A program made the translations under genes and the position numbers. Under the pieces are notes generated by a model. The model worked only from the letters and a program-made list of their open reading frames with translations. It was not told the DNA's origin and ran no database searches. A stretch of 64,000 nucleotides of DNA from Solirubrobacterales bacterium (lineage in GTDB: Bacteria > Actinomycetota > Thermoleophilia > Solirubrobacterales > JACPNS01), in contig JBPPNF010000047.1 in the NCBI GenBank assembly GCA_051306435.1, forward strand, positions 145-64,144. Reading direction: 5' to 3'. Of the stretch, positions 9,853 to 19,961 are shown piece by piece (the first letter of the stretch is position 1; each line of letters opens with the position of its first letter).

Positions 9853-9855
9853 GTC

Positions 9856-10749
9856 ATGGCGGTCGACGCGATTCGCGCGGCGCTCGAGTCCAAGCTGGGA
9901 CTCACCGTCTCGACGGTCGTTCTGACCTCCGGCGGCGACATCAACGACGCGTATCGCGCCGAGACCACCGACGGACCGATCTTTGTCAAATCCAGCCCGA
10001 CGGCGCAGCCGCGAATGTTCAGCGACGAGGCTGCCGGCCTGGAATGGCTCGGCGAGCCGAGCGGCGTCGCGGTGCCGAAAGTGATCGGCGTCTGCGACGA
10101 CGAGGACGCGCCGCGACTGCTCGCACTTGAATGGATCGACAGCGGCCGCCTGGGTCCGGACGGCGAGGAGGAGCTCGGCCGCGGCATCGCAAAGATCCAC
10201 GCCGCCGGAGCGCCGACATTCGGCGCCACTCCCGTTCTCGGCGGCGGCTATGCGAGCGCGCCGATGCGCTTCAACGAGTTGAGCCTCCCCAACGATCCGC
10301 GCGAGACCTGGGCAGAGTTCTACGCCGAGAACCGCCTCCTCCCGCTCGCCCGCGCATCGATGCAACGTGGCGCTTTCGACAAACACGACCTCGCACTGAT
10401 CGAGCGGGTCGCGGCGCGGCTTCCGGGACTCGCCGGCCCGGACGAGCCGCCGTCGAGAACGCACGGCGACCTCTGGTCCGGAAACATCCTGCCGTCAGCC
10501 GAAGGCACCCCCTATCTGATCGACCCGGTTGCCCACGGCGGGCATCGCGAGGTCGATCTCGCCCTGCTCACCGTCTTCGGTGGACCGGGTCAGCGCTGCT
10601 TCGACGCCTACGACGAAGCCTTCCCCCGCGCCGACGGGCACGAGGAACGCAAGCAGCTGTGGCAGCTGGCGATGATCCTGCTGCACGTCTGTCTGTTCGG
10701 CGGCTCGTACGCGGGCCAGGCCCGCGCGATCGCCAGCAGCTACACCTAG
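9856..10749 (+). CDS. fructosamine/ketosamine kinase family protein
   Basis: 297 aa. HGDLWSGN catalytic loop and DPVAHGGHREVDLAL, typical of the Fructosamin_kin family. Confidence 0.8.
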   Translation: MAVDAIRAALESKLGLTVSTVVLTSGGDINDAYRAETTDGPIFVKSSPTAQPRMFSDEAAGLEWLGEPSGVAVPKVIGVCDDEDAPRLLALEWIDSGRLGPDGEEELGRGIAKIHAAGAPTFGATPVLGGGYASAPMRFNELSLPNDPRETWAEFYAENRLLPLARASMQRGAFDKHDLALIERVAARLPGLAGPDEPPSRTHGDLWSGNILPSAEGTPYLIDPVAHGGHREVDLALLTVFGGPGQRCFDAYDEAFPRADGHEERKQLWQLAMILLHVCLFGGSYAGQARAIASSYT

Positions 10750-11141
10750 CCGACGGTCCGCTGCAGCGTCAGCGTGTTGCCGTCCGGATCGAGAAACCAG
10801 GCGACCTCTCCCCCGCCCGCCACGTGATAGATCCGGTCGTCATCCTGATCGATCCCCGAAACCTCAAGAAACTCGACGCCCTTCTCGCGCAGCGACGCCA
10901 CCTCGGCCTGCACATCACCGACCTCGAACCCGAGCACCGCGAACTGATGGGGCTCGAAGTTGTCGACCAGCGTGACCCGGAGCTCGGTTCCGCCCGCGTT
11001 CATCACCACGGCGAAGGGCGTCCGCTCGATCAGTCCGCACCCGAGCGTGTCGACGTAGAAGTCGCGCGCGCGCTGGATGTCCTGGCACGCGATGAAGGTC
11101 TTGATCCTGAATGAATTGAGCATTTGCGCAGACTTTCCCAT
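10746..11141 (-). CDS. VOC (glyoxalase/bleomycin-resistance) family protein
   Basis: 131 aa. ARDFYVDTLG at the N-terminus and WFLDPDGNTLTL at the C-terminus are typical VOC beta-alpha-beta-beta-beta module signatures. Confidence 0.7.
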   Translation of the reverse strand: MGKSAQMLNSFRIKTFIACQDIQRARDFYVDTLGCGLIERTPFAVVMNAGGTELRVTLVDNFEPHQFAVLGFEVGDVQAEVASLREKGVEFLEVSGIDQDDDRIYHVAGGGEVAWFLDPDGNTLTLQRTVG

Positions 11142-11146
11142 CGATT

Positions 11147-11182
11147 AAATGAAGAAGCCCCGCCACGGGGATAGGCGGGGCC
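11147..11182 (-). terminator. intrinsic terminator after glnN
   Basis: Minus strand: GCCCCGCC-TATCCCCGT-GGCGGGGC followed by TTCTTCATTT. Confidence 0.6.
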
Positions 11183-11243
11183 TCTTCGGCGGGCTCGGCG
11201 CGCCGAAACCCATATCTCAGGCGCAGAAAGCCCGCGGGAGTCT

Positions 11244-13379
11244 CTACTTGACGAAGAGGATCTCGCGGTACTTGGGCAGCGGCCAGAGCTTGTCGGGCAC
11301 GACGCGCTCGAGCTCGTCTGCCGCTTCACGCACAGCGAGCATCTTCGGGAGCACCGTGTCACACATGTAGTCGGCTTCCGCGACGATTTCCGTCGGGTGG
11401 TTCTCGTCGAGGTTGGCCACGGCGAGCTCGTCGATTGCTGCGGCAAGTCCGACGAGGCCCTCCTTCAGACCCTTGGCCAGGTCGAGACCAAGACCGGATG
11501 TCTGGATGTCGTTGTAGTACTGGATCGCGGCCGGCAGGATCGACGTCTTGGCGATGTCAAACGTTGTTTCTGCCTCGATGTTGGTCTTGATCACGTACTG
11601 CTCGACGAAGACCTCGTAACGCGAGTGCAGCTCGCGCTCGGTGAGGACGTTGTACTTGCCGAACGTCTCGGTCGTGACGGCTTCAGTCCACTGCTTGAGT
11701 GCGACCGGGGTCGTCTTGAGGTCGAGGAGGCCGCGCTCGGCGGCCTCGTCGTGCCACTCCTGCGAGTAGCCGTCGCCGTTGAACACGATGTTCTTGACCT
11801 CGGCGTATGACGCCTGAAGGACCGGAAGCAGCGCCTCGTCGGCGGTCTTGCCGCCTTTCATCGCGGCTTCGAGTTTGTCTGAAAGCTCGTCGAGCGCCTC
11901 GGCCGTGATCGTGTTCAGAACCGTGTTCGGGTCGCTGATCGACTGGGCCGAACCGAGCGCACGGAACTCGAAGCGGTTGCCGGTGAATGCGAACGGGCTC
12001 GTTCGGTTGCGGTCACCCGGGTCGGCCGGCAGCGGCGGAAGCACCGGAGAGCCGAGGTCGAGGATCGAACCGCTGGTCGAGGAGACGAGCTCGCCCTTTT
12101 CGATCTGGTCGTAGACGTCCTGCAGCTGATCCGAGAGGTAGACCGAGATGATCGCCGGCGGGGCCTCGTTGGCACCCAGACGGTGGTCATTTCCGGCCGA
12201 AGCGACAGTTGCGCGCAGCAGGCCCTGGTGCTTCTTGACCGCGGCGAGGATCGCCGTGCAGAAGAACAGGAACTGGAGGTTGTCGTGCGGGTCATCGCCG
12301 GGATTGAGCAGGTTTTCGCCTGTGTCGGTTCCCATCGACCAGTTGTTGTGCTTGCCCGAACCGTTGATGCCGGCGAACGGCTTCTCGTGGAGCAGCGCGA
12401 CCAGGCCGTAGTTGCGGGCCGTGTTCTGAATCGTCTGCATGCACAGCTGCTGGTGGTCACACGCGAGGTTGCTGCTCTCGAACATCGGAGCGACCTCGTA
12501 CTGGGCCGGAGCGACCTCGTTGTGGCGGGTCTTGATCGGCACGCCGAGCTTCGCCAGCGTGTTTTCGAACTCCATCATGAACGCGAGGACGCGCTCCGGG
12601 ATCGAGCCGAAGTAGTGGTCGTCGAGCTCTTGACCCTTGGGCGGCTTGGAACCGAAGAGCGTGCGACCGGTCGTGACCAGGTCAGGGCGCTCGTAGAAGT
12701 AGTGCTCGGGGATCAGGAAGTACTCCTGCTCCGGGCCCGCAGTCGTGTAGACGTGCTCGACGTCCTCTTTGCCGAACAGCCTCAGCGCGCGAACGGCCGC
12801 GTCTGAGAGCGCGCGCATCGAGCGCAGCACCGGGATCTTGTTGTCCAGCGCCTCGCCGGTCCACGACGTGAACGCGGTTGGGATGCACAGGGTGGCGCCG
12901 TTCGGGTTCTCGAGGATGAACGCCGGTGAGGTCGGGTCCCACGCGGTGTATCCACGCGCCTCGAAGGTGCCGCGGAGGCCGCCGTTCGGGAACGAGGATG
13001 CGTCGGGCTCAGCCTGGATCAGCTCCTTGCCGCGGAACTTCGACTTGGTGGTGCCATCCTTGGGCTCAAAGAACGAGTCGTGCTTCTCGGCGGTACGGCC
13101 GGTAAGCGGCTGGAACCAGTGGGTGTAGTGGGTCGCACCCTTGCCGAGCGCCCACTCGAGCATCGCGGCTGCGACCGAGTCTGCGACGGTCGGGCTGATC
13201 GCCTCGCCTGCTGAGAGTGCTGCTTTGTACTGGTCGTATGACCCAGCGTCCATCAACTCCTTGGCGACTGAATCAGTGAAAACGAGCTCGTTGTAGACCT
13301 CGTCCTCATTGGCAACTTCGCCGCCGTTGCGCTGCTTCCACTGTGTGCCGATAATGGCGTGCTGTCGAAGGCTTGACAT
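11244..13379 (-). CDS. glnN: glutamine synthetase type III
   Basis: 711 aa, a GSIII-sized protein. Contains the [24 protein letters not shown] block characteristic of GSIII, plus downstream GS catalytic-domain segments ([27 protein letters not shown]). Confidence 0.85.
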   Translation of the reverse strand: MSSLRQHAIIGTQWKQRNGGEVANEDEVYNELVFTDSVAKELMDAGSYDQYKAALSAGEAISPTVADSVAAAMLEWALGKGATHYTHWFQPLTGRTAEKHDSFFEPKDGTTKSKFRGKELIQAEPDASSFPNGGLRGTFEARGYTAWDPTSPAFILENPNGATLCIPTAFTSWTGEALDNKIPVLRSMRALSDAAVRALRLFGKEDVEHVYTTAGPEQEYFLIPEHYFYERPDLVTTGRTLFGSKPPKGQELDDHYFGSIPERVLAFMMEFENTLAKLGVPIKTRHNEVAPAQYEVAPMFESSNLACDHQQLCMQTIQNTARNYGLVALLHEKPFAGINGSGKHNNWSMGTDTGENLLNPGDDPHDNLQFLFFCTAILAAVKKHQGLLRATVASAGNDHRLGANEAPPAIISVYLSDQLQDVYDQIEKGELVSSTSGSILDLGSPVLPPLPADPGDRNRTSPFAFTGNRFEFRALGSAQSISDPNTVLNTITAEALDELSDKLEAAMKGGKTADEALLPVLQASYAEVKNIVFNGDGYSQEWHDEAAERGLLDLKTTPVALKQWTEAVTTETFGKYNVLTERELHSRYEVFVEQYVIKTNIEAETTFDIAKTSILPAAIQYYNDIQTSGLGLDLAKGLKEGLVGLAAAIDELAVANLDENHPTEIVAEADYMCDTVLPKMLAVREAADELERVVPDKLWPLPKYREILFVK

Positions 13380-13407
13380 CTCTGTGACCGTCTCCTCTTT
13401 TAGGCGT

Positions 13408-13423
13408 TCCGGACGTGTCCGGA
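13408..13423. promoter_or_regulatory. inverted repeat TCCGGAC-GT-GTCCGGA in the glnN leader
   Basis: Perfect 7-bp arms, 29 nt upstream of the glnN ATG and next to its GAGGAG ribosome-binding site. The 2-nt spacer argues for a DNA site rather than an RNA hairpin. Confidence 0.35.
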
Positions 13424-13585
13424 CAATCTCTTGGGTGAATACTTGCCTGACTCTGAATTAATCGCATTTCTGCGAATCACGAGCCAGCAGACTCCGGCCG
13501 TGGTGGATGTACGGCTGGGTGATCATGGGCTCCTGGGAGCGGATCAGAGACTAAGCCAAACGGTGCATCCGCGCGGTTGTCCAGA

Positions 13586-13612
13586 TGTATAAAACCGCCG
13601 CGTGGCGGTTGG
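13586..13612 (-). terminator. intrinsic terminator after the small membrane protein gene
   Basis: Minus strand: AACCGCC-ACGC-GGCGGTT followed by TTATACAT. Separates gene 13639..14040 from the glnN promoter region. Confidence 0.6.
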
Positions 13613-13638
13613 CCGACAATACTTGGGTAGTCGGGGCG

Positions 13639-14040
13639 CTACGTGGCGCTGTTGGCGATCGCGACGACCAACACCCAGACCAACGGGGTCAGAAGCACAT
13701 ACGGGATCATCGCTCCCAGCGCGAATGCGCGGCGCTTGCGGTGGATCAGCTCAAGGTCTTCTGGATCGTCCTTCAGCCCGATCCAGCGGCGCAGGCTGAA
13801 CAGCCAGCGACCGACAACTAGCGATACAGCAACCGCGAACACGCCGAACAGGACCACCACCGCAGGCCGCCAGGTGAGAGCGTCCTCGCTGGTGAATGAC
13901 TCATAGAAAGCTACTCCCACCGCGTTCACCAGGGCGCAGACGACGATCGCGACACAAGCGATCACGAAGCCACCACCGATCAGCGGGAGCAGGTCTTCGG
14001 CGTGGGCAGCCTTCGAGCGATCGACGGTTGTTGCGCTCAT
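13639..14040 (-). CDS. small integral membrane protein, unknown function
   Basis: 133 aa with 3-4 hydrophobic helices. Its start overlaps the stop of the upstream 682-aa membrane protein gene by 4 nt. Confidence 0.5.
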   Translation of the reverse strand: MSATTVDRSKAAHAEDLLPLIGGGFVIACVAIVVCALVNAVGVAFYESFTSEDALTWRPAVVVLFGVFAVAVSLVVGRWLFSLRRWIGLKDDPEDLELIHRKRRAFALGAMIPYVLLTPLVWVLVVAIANSAT

Positions 14041-16082
14041 GCCTTGATTGTGCCGGAAAGCGGCCGGCCGCGTAGGTAGAGGAGACCCATGCAGAGGTAG
14101 ATCGTCCCGATGATCAGGATCACCGGGCCGGAGTCGTTGGCGAGCGCACCGACCACAGTGCCGCCGAGCGCACCGACGATGCCGGCACGGAACGGCCGAC
14201 GCGCGACCGGGTCCTCGCCACCTTCGGTAAGTCGCGAGAACAGGCGCTCACGTTTGATCCAGCCCCAGAGCAGCGCGCCGAGCGCAGCCAGCACGACTAC
14301 CCAGATCCCATCGGATTTCGCGCTCTCGATGCTCGCACTGAAGCGCCGGTCGGCGACTTTCCAGAGATCCCCCGCCCCGTTCGCCTCGAACACCGTGCGG
14401 GTGAGATGCGATTCCCCGCCGGTCGCAGAATCGAGCAGCGCGATCAGTCCGAGCCCGATGAAAGGCATCGCGACCAGCGCCGCGACGCGCAGCGGAGTGA
14501 ACTTCATCTTCGCGACGTAGAGCGCGGCGATTCCAAAGGCGGTCCCGACGTAGATCACGCCGCCGACGTCGGCGCCCAGGCGACCGGCGCCCAGGAAGAG
14601 TGCAAGCAGGACGCCCGCGCCGGCGAACCACCTTGCCGGGTGTCTGGCTCCGCTGTCGCTGAGCAGCGCGCCGACGCCGATCACGCCGCTTACGGCAAGT
14701 ACTGCTTCGAGCTCGTTTCCGACGCCGAAGAATCTCGCTCCGTAGAGCGGGTTTGACCCGAGCAACGACTCGCCGGTGAACTTGCCGCTGAAGAAAAGGA
14801 AGTCGATTCCGTGGGCGATCACCACAAACAGAACTGGCACGATGAGTGCGCGCGGCCAGCGCACGAGCCGGTCGGTGCCGAATGCGAGCAGGAACGATCC
14901 CGCTATCGCGATATCTGCCTCTGCGGCACGCGAAGGTCGCAGCAGTGCCGTGAGGAGAAGCATCAGCGGGAGCCAGAGGACTGCCAGGCCGACGATTCGC
15001 TGGGTGAGGCAGGAGATCTCGGCGTAGCGCCCGGTCAAACGGCCGAACAGCAGCAGGATGATGATGATCAGCCCGCCGATCAGGATCACGCTGCGGCCGA
15101 GCGGGGCGCGTCGGCCGGACACGAGCGAGAGGCGGTCATTCATCTCGTTGAGCTCCGGTGGGCTCATGCGCGGGGCGCCTTCGATCGGCTGACCCTGCAT
15201 GTCGCTCGGCGGCTCGACCTCCAGGCGCTCAAGAATCGTCGGCGCGACATCGGTGGCTGCGACGAGACCGTCGCGGCGGGTTGTGGCTGATCGCAGGCCA
15301 CCGTCGCCGTCAAGCCCGCGGGCGGCAAGAGTGAGCAGGCGGGTTCGGGCCGGTTCGGGCGGGGCCTGCACGATGATGATGAGGCGATCGGGGTCTGCCT
15401 CGGCGAGCTGACGGGCAACTCCAAAGCCGCGTCCTCCGGCCGGAAGCGTGCCGACCAGGACATCGGAGTAGCGCTGCGCCTTGAGCAGTTCGCCCGTAAG
15501 GTTCCTGGTGGGCGAGACAACCAGATTGCCCACCCTGCCTGCGGTGTCTGCAGCAGCGATGCCGGTGATCGTCGGAGAACCGTCGTAGGAAATCCATGTC
15601 AGCCGGTTTCTCGAACTGAGAACCGAGCACCCGAACGATCCGGGGATGATCTCACCGGGAACGTCGCTCGCGCGCTTCACGAACCCGGGCCATTGGACGA
15701 AACGGCCCTGGTCGCCCTCAAGGCCGAGCGCATTGACTTCGAATCCCGGCGGCGGCGGAGCCACCGGCTTGTAGAGACTGCTGGCAACGCGCGCGCCCTG
15801 CGAGATGTCGAGCATCATCTGGGTCGGGCTGTAGCGACCGAGCGTCGGGCTGAAGAGCCCGACCGCGAAACCCGGAAGTTGCTCGAGATCCGCCGCCAGT
15901 ACCGGTTCAGGGCTTCCCGCCGGACCGGGGATGAAAAGCAAGGTTGCGGCTCGGGTCTGGTCGATCTCACCGGTCTTGGGAGCCTGTGCGGGCGTGCACT
16001 TGGCCGCCGCTGCGGCAGGTTCGGAGAAGGCCGCTGCCGCAATCAGCACGGCCAGCAGCGCGAGGGGCGCGGTGCGAAACAT
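14037..16082 (-). CDS. membrane protein with signal peptide, about 330-aa extracytoplasmic domain and polytopic C-terminal half
   Basis: Track ORF 14037..16874 is over-extended into the hemQ gene on the other strand. I start at ATG 16082 (MFRTAPLALLAVLIAAAAFSEPAAA). The external domain ends with LVAATDVAPTILERLEV, which resembles the C-terminal strand-helix of alkaline-phosphatase/sulfatase superfamily proteins (weak). It is followed by about 9 TM helices. Confidence 0.55.
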   Translation of the reverse strand: MFRTAPLALLAVLIAAAAFSEPAAAAAKCTPAQAPKTGEIDQTRAATLLFIPGPAGSPEPVLAADLEQLPGFAVGLFSPTLGRYSPTQMMLDISQGARVASSLYKPVAPPPPGFEVNALGLEGDQGRFVQWPGFVKRASDVPGEIIPGSFGCSVLSSRNRLTWISYDGSPTITGIAAADTAGRVGNLVVSPTRNLTGELLKAQRYSDVLVGTLPAGGRGFGVARQLAEADPDRLIIIVQAPPEPARTRLLTLAARGLDGDGGLRSATTRRDGLVAATDVAPTILERLEVEPPSDMQGQPIEGAPRMSPPELNEMNDRLSLVSGRRAPLGRSVILIGGLIIIILLLFGRLTGRYAEISCLTQRIVGLAVLWLPLMLLLTALLRPSRAAEADIAIAGSFLLAFGTDRLVRWPRALIVPVLFVVIAHGIDFLFFSGKFTGESLLGSNPLYGARFFGVGNELEAVLAVSGVIGVGALLSDSGARHPARWFAGAGVLLALFLGAGRLGADVGGVIYVGTAFGIAALYVAKMKFTPLRVAALVAMPFIGLGLIALLDSATGGESHLTRTVFEANGAGDLWKVADRRFSASIESAKSDGIWVVVLAALGALLWGWIKRERLFSRLTEGGEDPVARRPFRAGIVGALGGTVVGALANDSGPVILIIGTIYLCMGLLYLRGRPLSGTIKA

Positions 16083-16127
16083 CGGGGCGACTCTACCTGC
16101 GTGCGGGGCGCATAAGATCTGTAGATC

Positions 16128-16823
16128 ATGGCCGGAGAGTCGTTCGTCAAGTTCACATTCATCAAGGTCGATCCCGCTTGGCGCCGCCGCCTCGCCGAGG
16201 AGCGCACCCGCGACAAGGACGAGTTCGCCGCGGCCTGCGAGGACTTCGCGGTCGACGACTTCCTGCGGGCCTACTCGACTGTCGGCACGAAGGGCAGCGC
16301 CGACTTGATGCTCTGGACCGCATCGCCCAACCTCGATCACATCCACGAGCTGCACGTGCTTCTCAACCAGAGCGGGATCCTTCGCCACGGCGAGATCTCC
16401 CACTCCTTTCTGGCGATGACCAAGAACTCGCCCTACACGAACGAGGACCGCACGAAGGTGCGCCCGGGCGACGGCAAGTATCTCTTCGTCTACCCGTTCG
16501 TGAAGACGCGCGAGTGGTACCTGCTGCCGATCGACGAGCGCATGAGGATCATGAAGGAACACATCGCCGTCGGCAAGGAGTACCCGCAGATCAACTTGAA
16601 CACCTCGTACTCGTTCGGGCTCGACGATCAGGATTTCGTCGTCTCGTTCGAGGCCGACGAGCCGGTCGACTTCCTGAACCTCGTGCAAAAACTGCGCGAG
16701 ACCGAGTCGAGCCTCTACACCGCGCGAGACACGCCGATGTTCACGGCCCGCTCGATGTCGATCCGCCGCGCGCTCAATGCGCTGGACGGCTCGGCGCCCG
16801 TGGCTGAGCCTCTTTCGAACTAG
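16128..16823 (+). CDS. hemQ: coproheme decarboxylase / chlorite dismutase family protein
   Basis: 231 aa. YLFVYPFVKTREWYLLP, RMRIMKEH and SFGLDDQDFVVSFE match the actinobacterial HemQ (ChdC) pattern. Confidence 0.85.
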   Translation: MAGESFVKFTFIKVDPAWRRRLAEERTRDKDEFAAACEDFAVDDFLRAYSTVGTKGSADLMLWTASPNLDHIHELHVLLNQSGILRHGEISHSFLAMTKNSPYTNEDRTKVRPGDGKYLFVYPFVKTREWYLLPIDERMRIMKEHIAVGKEYPQINLNTSYSFGLDDQDFVVSFEADEPVDFLNLVQKLRETESSLYTARDTPMFTARSMSIRRALNALDGSAPVAEPLSN

Positions 16824-17006
16824 ACCGTCTGCCGTCTGCGCCTCCATGTCGGTTGATCGACAGAGCGCGAGCACCGCCCTGCGCGTCGCGCGCGGCGGAT
16901 TCCCATACGGGCCACACTACCCGTTCATAGTTCAGCCTGCACTATCGCCCAACGGTTTTCAGCGGTTCATTGCCGCAGACGGAGGATGCGCCAGAACGTG
17001 GTTCAC

Positions 17007-18377
17007 CTAAGCGTTGGCGATGCGCTTCATCTCGTCGATGTCGACGAGCTTCACGCGGGGGCGGCCCTGGGCTTCGCCGAGCGCGACTTCGTGCGCGTCG
17101 ATCTTGCTCCAGCCGTCCCATTCCACAAGATCTGAGACCTTCGACTTCAGCCACTCGCCGTTGTCGCCCAGCGGCTCCTTCGGCGCGAGCTTGCCAGCGT
17201 CGCGGTCCTCGACGATGCGCGCCACGGTGTCGGCGCTGTCCTTCTTGTTCGTGCCGATCACGCCGCTCGGACCACGCTTGACCCAGCCGGAGACGTATTC
17301 GCCAGAAAGCACGTTGCCCGCTTCATCGGTGACGCGGCCGCCCTCGTTGCAGATCAGGCCACGCTTGGGCTCAAACGGAACTGTGTCGACCGGCTCGCCG
17401 CGGTAACCGATCGAGCGGAACACCAGTCCGCAGTCGATGTCCTCGGTGACGCCCGTACCGACTGCCTTGGGGTTGCCGTTGCCGTCGTCGACGATCTCAT
17501 TGATCTCGACGCGGATGCCGGTGACCTTCTCGCCGTCGCCGAGAATCTCGACGGGCGAGCGCAGGTACCGGAGCACGACGCGGTGTGACTTGCCCTCGGG
17601 CTTGCGCGTCGAGTACTCCTTCATGATGTCCACGTTGCGGCGGTTGGTCGGCTCCGCGAGATCGCTCTCGAGCCACTTCTCACTGAGTTCGTCGAGCTCC
17701 ATCTGCTCCGGGTCGACGATCACGTCGGCACGCTTGAGCTCGCCGAGCTCGAGCAGTTCCGGGTTGGTGAACGCTGCCTGCGCCGGTCCACGGCGGCCGA
17801 GGATGATGACCTCTTTGACGCCGTGCGATTTGAATGCTTCGACGGCGTGGTCCGCGGTGTCGGTCGGCTGGACCTCGTCCGCGTCGAGCACGAGCATGCG
17901 CGCGACGTCGATCGCCACGTTGCCGTTCCCGATCACGACCGCGCGTTCCACGTCGAGGTCGAACTCGTTGTCGACGGCCTCAGGGTGACCGTTGTACCAG
18001 GCGACAAATGTGGTGGCCGGGTGTGATCCGGCGAGGTCTTCGCCTTCGATGCCGAGGCGGTTGTCGCTGCTCGTGCCGATCGTGTAGAGCACGAGGTCGT
18101 AGCGATCGAGCAGCTCTTGTCGCGTGATGTCAGCGCCCAGCTCGACGCCGCCGAAGAAGCGGAAGTCCGGGTTCTGCGCGGTTTTCTCGAAGACGCGGGT
18201 GACGTTCTTGATCTTCGGGTGGTCCGGGGCGACGCCAAAGCGCACGAGGCCGAAGGGCGTCGGCAGTTTGTCGATCAGGTCGACGGCGAAATCCTCGGCG
18301 AGGAGTTGGCCGGCGGCATAGAAGCCCGAGGGACCGGCGCCGACGATTGCGGCGCGAAGCTTTGTGTCTGTGGTCAT
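17007..18377 (-). CDS. fprA: NADPH-ferredoxin reductase, FprA type
   Basis: Start placed at ATG 18377 (MTTDTKLRAAIVGAGPSGFYAA, FAD-binding GxGxxG). 457 aa, which fits the adrenodoxin-reductase-like FprA size. Second nucleotide-binding motif is VVIGNGNVAIDVARML. Confidence 0.85.
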   Translation of the reverse strand: MTTDTKLRAAIVGAGPSGFYAAGQLLAEDFAVDLIDKLPTPFGLVRFGVAPDHPKIKNVTRVFEKTAQNPDFRFFGGVELGADITRQELLDRYDLVLYTIGTSSDNRLGIEGEDLAGSHPATTFVAWYNGHPEAVDNEFDLDVERAVVIGNGNVAIDVARMLVLDADEVQPTDTADHAVEAFKSHGVKEVIILGRRGPAQAAFTNPELLELGELKRADVIVDPEQMELDELSEKWLESDLAEPTNRRNVDIMKEYSTRKPEGKSHRVVLRYLRSPVEILGDGEKVTGIRVEINEIVDDGNGNPKAVGTGVTEDIDCGLVFRSIGYRGEPVDTVPFEPKRGLICNEGGRVTDEAGNVLSGEYVSGWVKRGPSGVIGTNKKDSADTVARIVEDRDAGKLAPKEPLGDNGEWLKSKVSDLVEWDGWSKIDAHEVALGEAQGRPRVKLVDIDEMKRIANA

Positions 18378-18466
18378 GGGGTGAGAAAAATCTTTCGGAT
18401 CGTCGTGTTGATGCCTGGCTGGGGTCGACCGAGCCGGTGATGTTATCTGCAACACTTCGCGCCGCC

Positions 18467-19495
18467 ATGTCCGAACCGCGCGCATTTTCGCCCCGCCGCG
18501 CCGCAGCCCTTTCAGTAATGACGGCCGCGCTCGCCCTGATCGTCGCCGGATGCGGGGGCGACTCCGCAGGCTCCGCTGAGGCAAACACTCCGTCGTCAGC
18601 GCAGAACGTCAATCTCGCCGACTTCCCGAAGACCGACGGCAAGAAGACCGTCGCCGACCTCCAGCGCGAGGTCAGTGCCGGTCAGGAGGCGAACCTGCTT
18701 CCGGCAGCCAACAATTTCGTCGCCGGCCGCGACAACCGCCTCCCGTTCGGCCTCTTCAACCAGGACCGCGAGCCGATCTGGGGCCCGACCGCGATGTATC
18801 TCTCGGCTGGCACCACCGCCCCCGCAACCGGCCCGTTCAAAGTTGCCGCCAACGACTTCTCAGTCCCTGCGGAGTTCCAGAGCGAGACCTCCGAGGGCGA
18901 CCTCAACGCGATCGGCAACGGCTTCTACGCCGCGAACATCCCCACCCCGAAGGGCACCAAGAAGATCAACGTGCTCACGCTGACCCAGCAGGACGGCGGA
19001 TTCCAGGCTGCGGCCACAGGGATCACCACCACCCTCCGTGATCCGACTGTCGCGCCCGGCGAGCAGGCGCCGGCCGTCACGACGCCGACCGTCAAGAGCT
19101 CTGGCGGCGATCTTGAGGCGATCTGCACGCGCACTCCTGCCGACGACATGCACGAGATCAGCCTGAAGGACGCGCTCAAAGCGAAGAAGCCGATCGTGCT
19201 GATCTTCGCCACGCCCAAGCTCTGCGCCTCACGCGTCTGCGCTCCTGTTGTTGATGTCGCCGAAGAGGTCCACCACGAACTCGGCGGCGACGTGATCTTC
19301 ATCCACAACGAGATCTACAAAGAGAACGACATCAACGAGGGCTACAGACCGCAGGTTGCGGCATACGGCCTGACCTCCGAGCCCTACACGTTCGTGATCG
19401 CGTCAGACGGCCGCGTGGCCGAGCAGCTGCAGGGGCCGTTCGTCGCTTCGGAGCTGCGCGCCGCGCTGGCAAAAGCCGGCGTGAAGAAGACCTAG
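18467..19495 (+). CDS. lipoprotein with C-terminal thioredoxin-like (TlpA/AhpC-TSA-like) region
   Basis: Start at ATG 18467. Lipobox LIVAGC. The C-terminal KKPIVLIFATPKLCASRVCAPVV has a thioredoxin-fold-like Cys pair. Confidence 0.55.
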   Translation: MSEPRAFSPRRAAALSVMTAALALIVAGCGGDSAGSAEANTPSSAQNVNLADFPKTDGKKTVADLQREVSAGQEANLLPAANNFVAGRDNRLPFGLFNQDREPIWGPTAMYLSAGTTAPATGPFKVAANDFSVPAEFQSETSEGDLNAIGNGFYAANIPTPKGTKKINVLTLTQQDGGFQAAATGITTTLRDPTVAPGEQAPAVTTPTVKSSGGDLEAICTRTPADDMHEISLKDALKAKKPIVLIFATPKLCASRVCAPVVDVAEEVHHELGGDVIFIHNEIYKENDINEGYRPQVAAYGLTSEPYTFVIASDGRVAEQLQGPFVASELRAALAKAGVKKT

Positions 19496-19866
19496 GCGGC
19501 AGCGCCGGAGGGGCAGTCGACTTCGGCGCCTTCTTCATCCTTCACGCGGAAAGAGGAGCCGCAGCCGCAGGCAGCGACCACGTTCGGGTTGTTGACCTGG
19601 AAGCCGGCACCGGTCAGCCCGTCGAGGAAATCGACTTCTGACTCGTCGACATAACGCAGAGAGAGATCGTCAATGAGAATCTTGATCCCGTTGTTCTCGA
19701 AGATGTGGTCACCGTCGCGCTGTTCGTCGATTGCAAGCGAATAGGTGAACCCAGAGCAGCCGCCACCCTTCACGCCCACGCGCAGGCCAGCATCGTCGAT
19801 GCTCTTGTCCTGGCCTTCGACGTAATCCTTGATCTTTGTGGCTGCGATGTCTGTGAGGGTGACCAT
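19492..19866 (-). CDS. A-type iron-sulfur cluster insertion protein (IscA/ErpA/HesB family)
   Basis: Start at ATG 19866 (MVTLTDIAATKIKDY). GGGCSGF and the terminal CGCGSSF cysteine ligands are present. Has an extra ~18-aa acidic tail containing one more Cys. Confidence 0.85.
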   Translation of the reverse strand: MVTLTDIAATKIKDYVEGQDKSIDDAGLRVGVKGGGCSGFTYSLAIDEQRDGDHIFENNGIKILIDDLSLRYVDESEVDFLDGLTGAGFQVNNPNVVAACGCGSSFRVKDEEGAEVDCPSGAAA

Positions 19867-19961
19867 GCGGGGAGTGCTCCAGTTTGTCCGTTTGTAATTG
19901 ATCGGACGGGGGCTAACTTGACTACAGTCCATTTTACTCAGATTGCCCGGACTTCATCCAG

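Noticed and set aside
16083-16874. N-terminal 264-aa extension of ORF 14037..16874
   Set aside because: It is antisense to the well-supported hemQ gene. A signal-peptide-like start (MFRTAPLALL) exists at 16082.
19867-19961. Fe-S regulator (IscR/SufR-type) site between the A-type carrier and bolA
   Set aside because: Only a weak 5-bp inverted repeat (GTCCG-N12-CGGAC) is present. That is too short to distinguish from chance.
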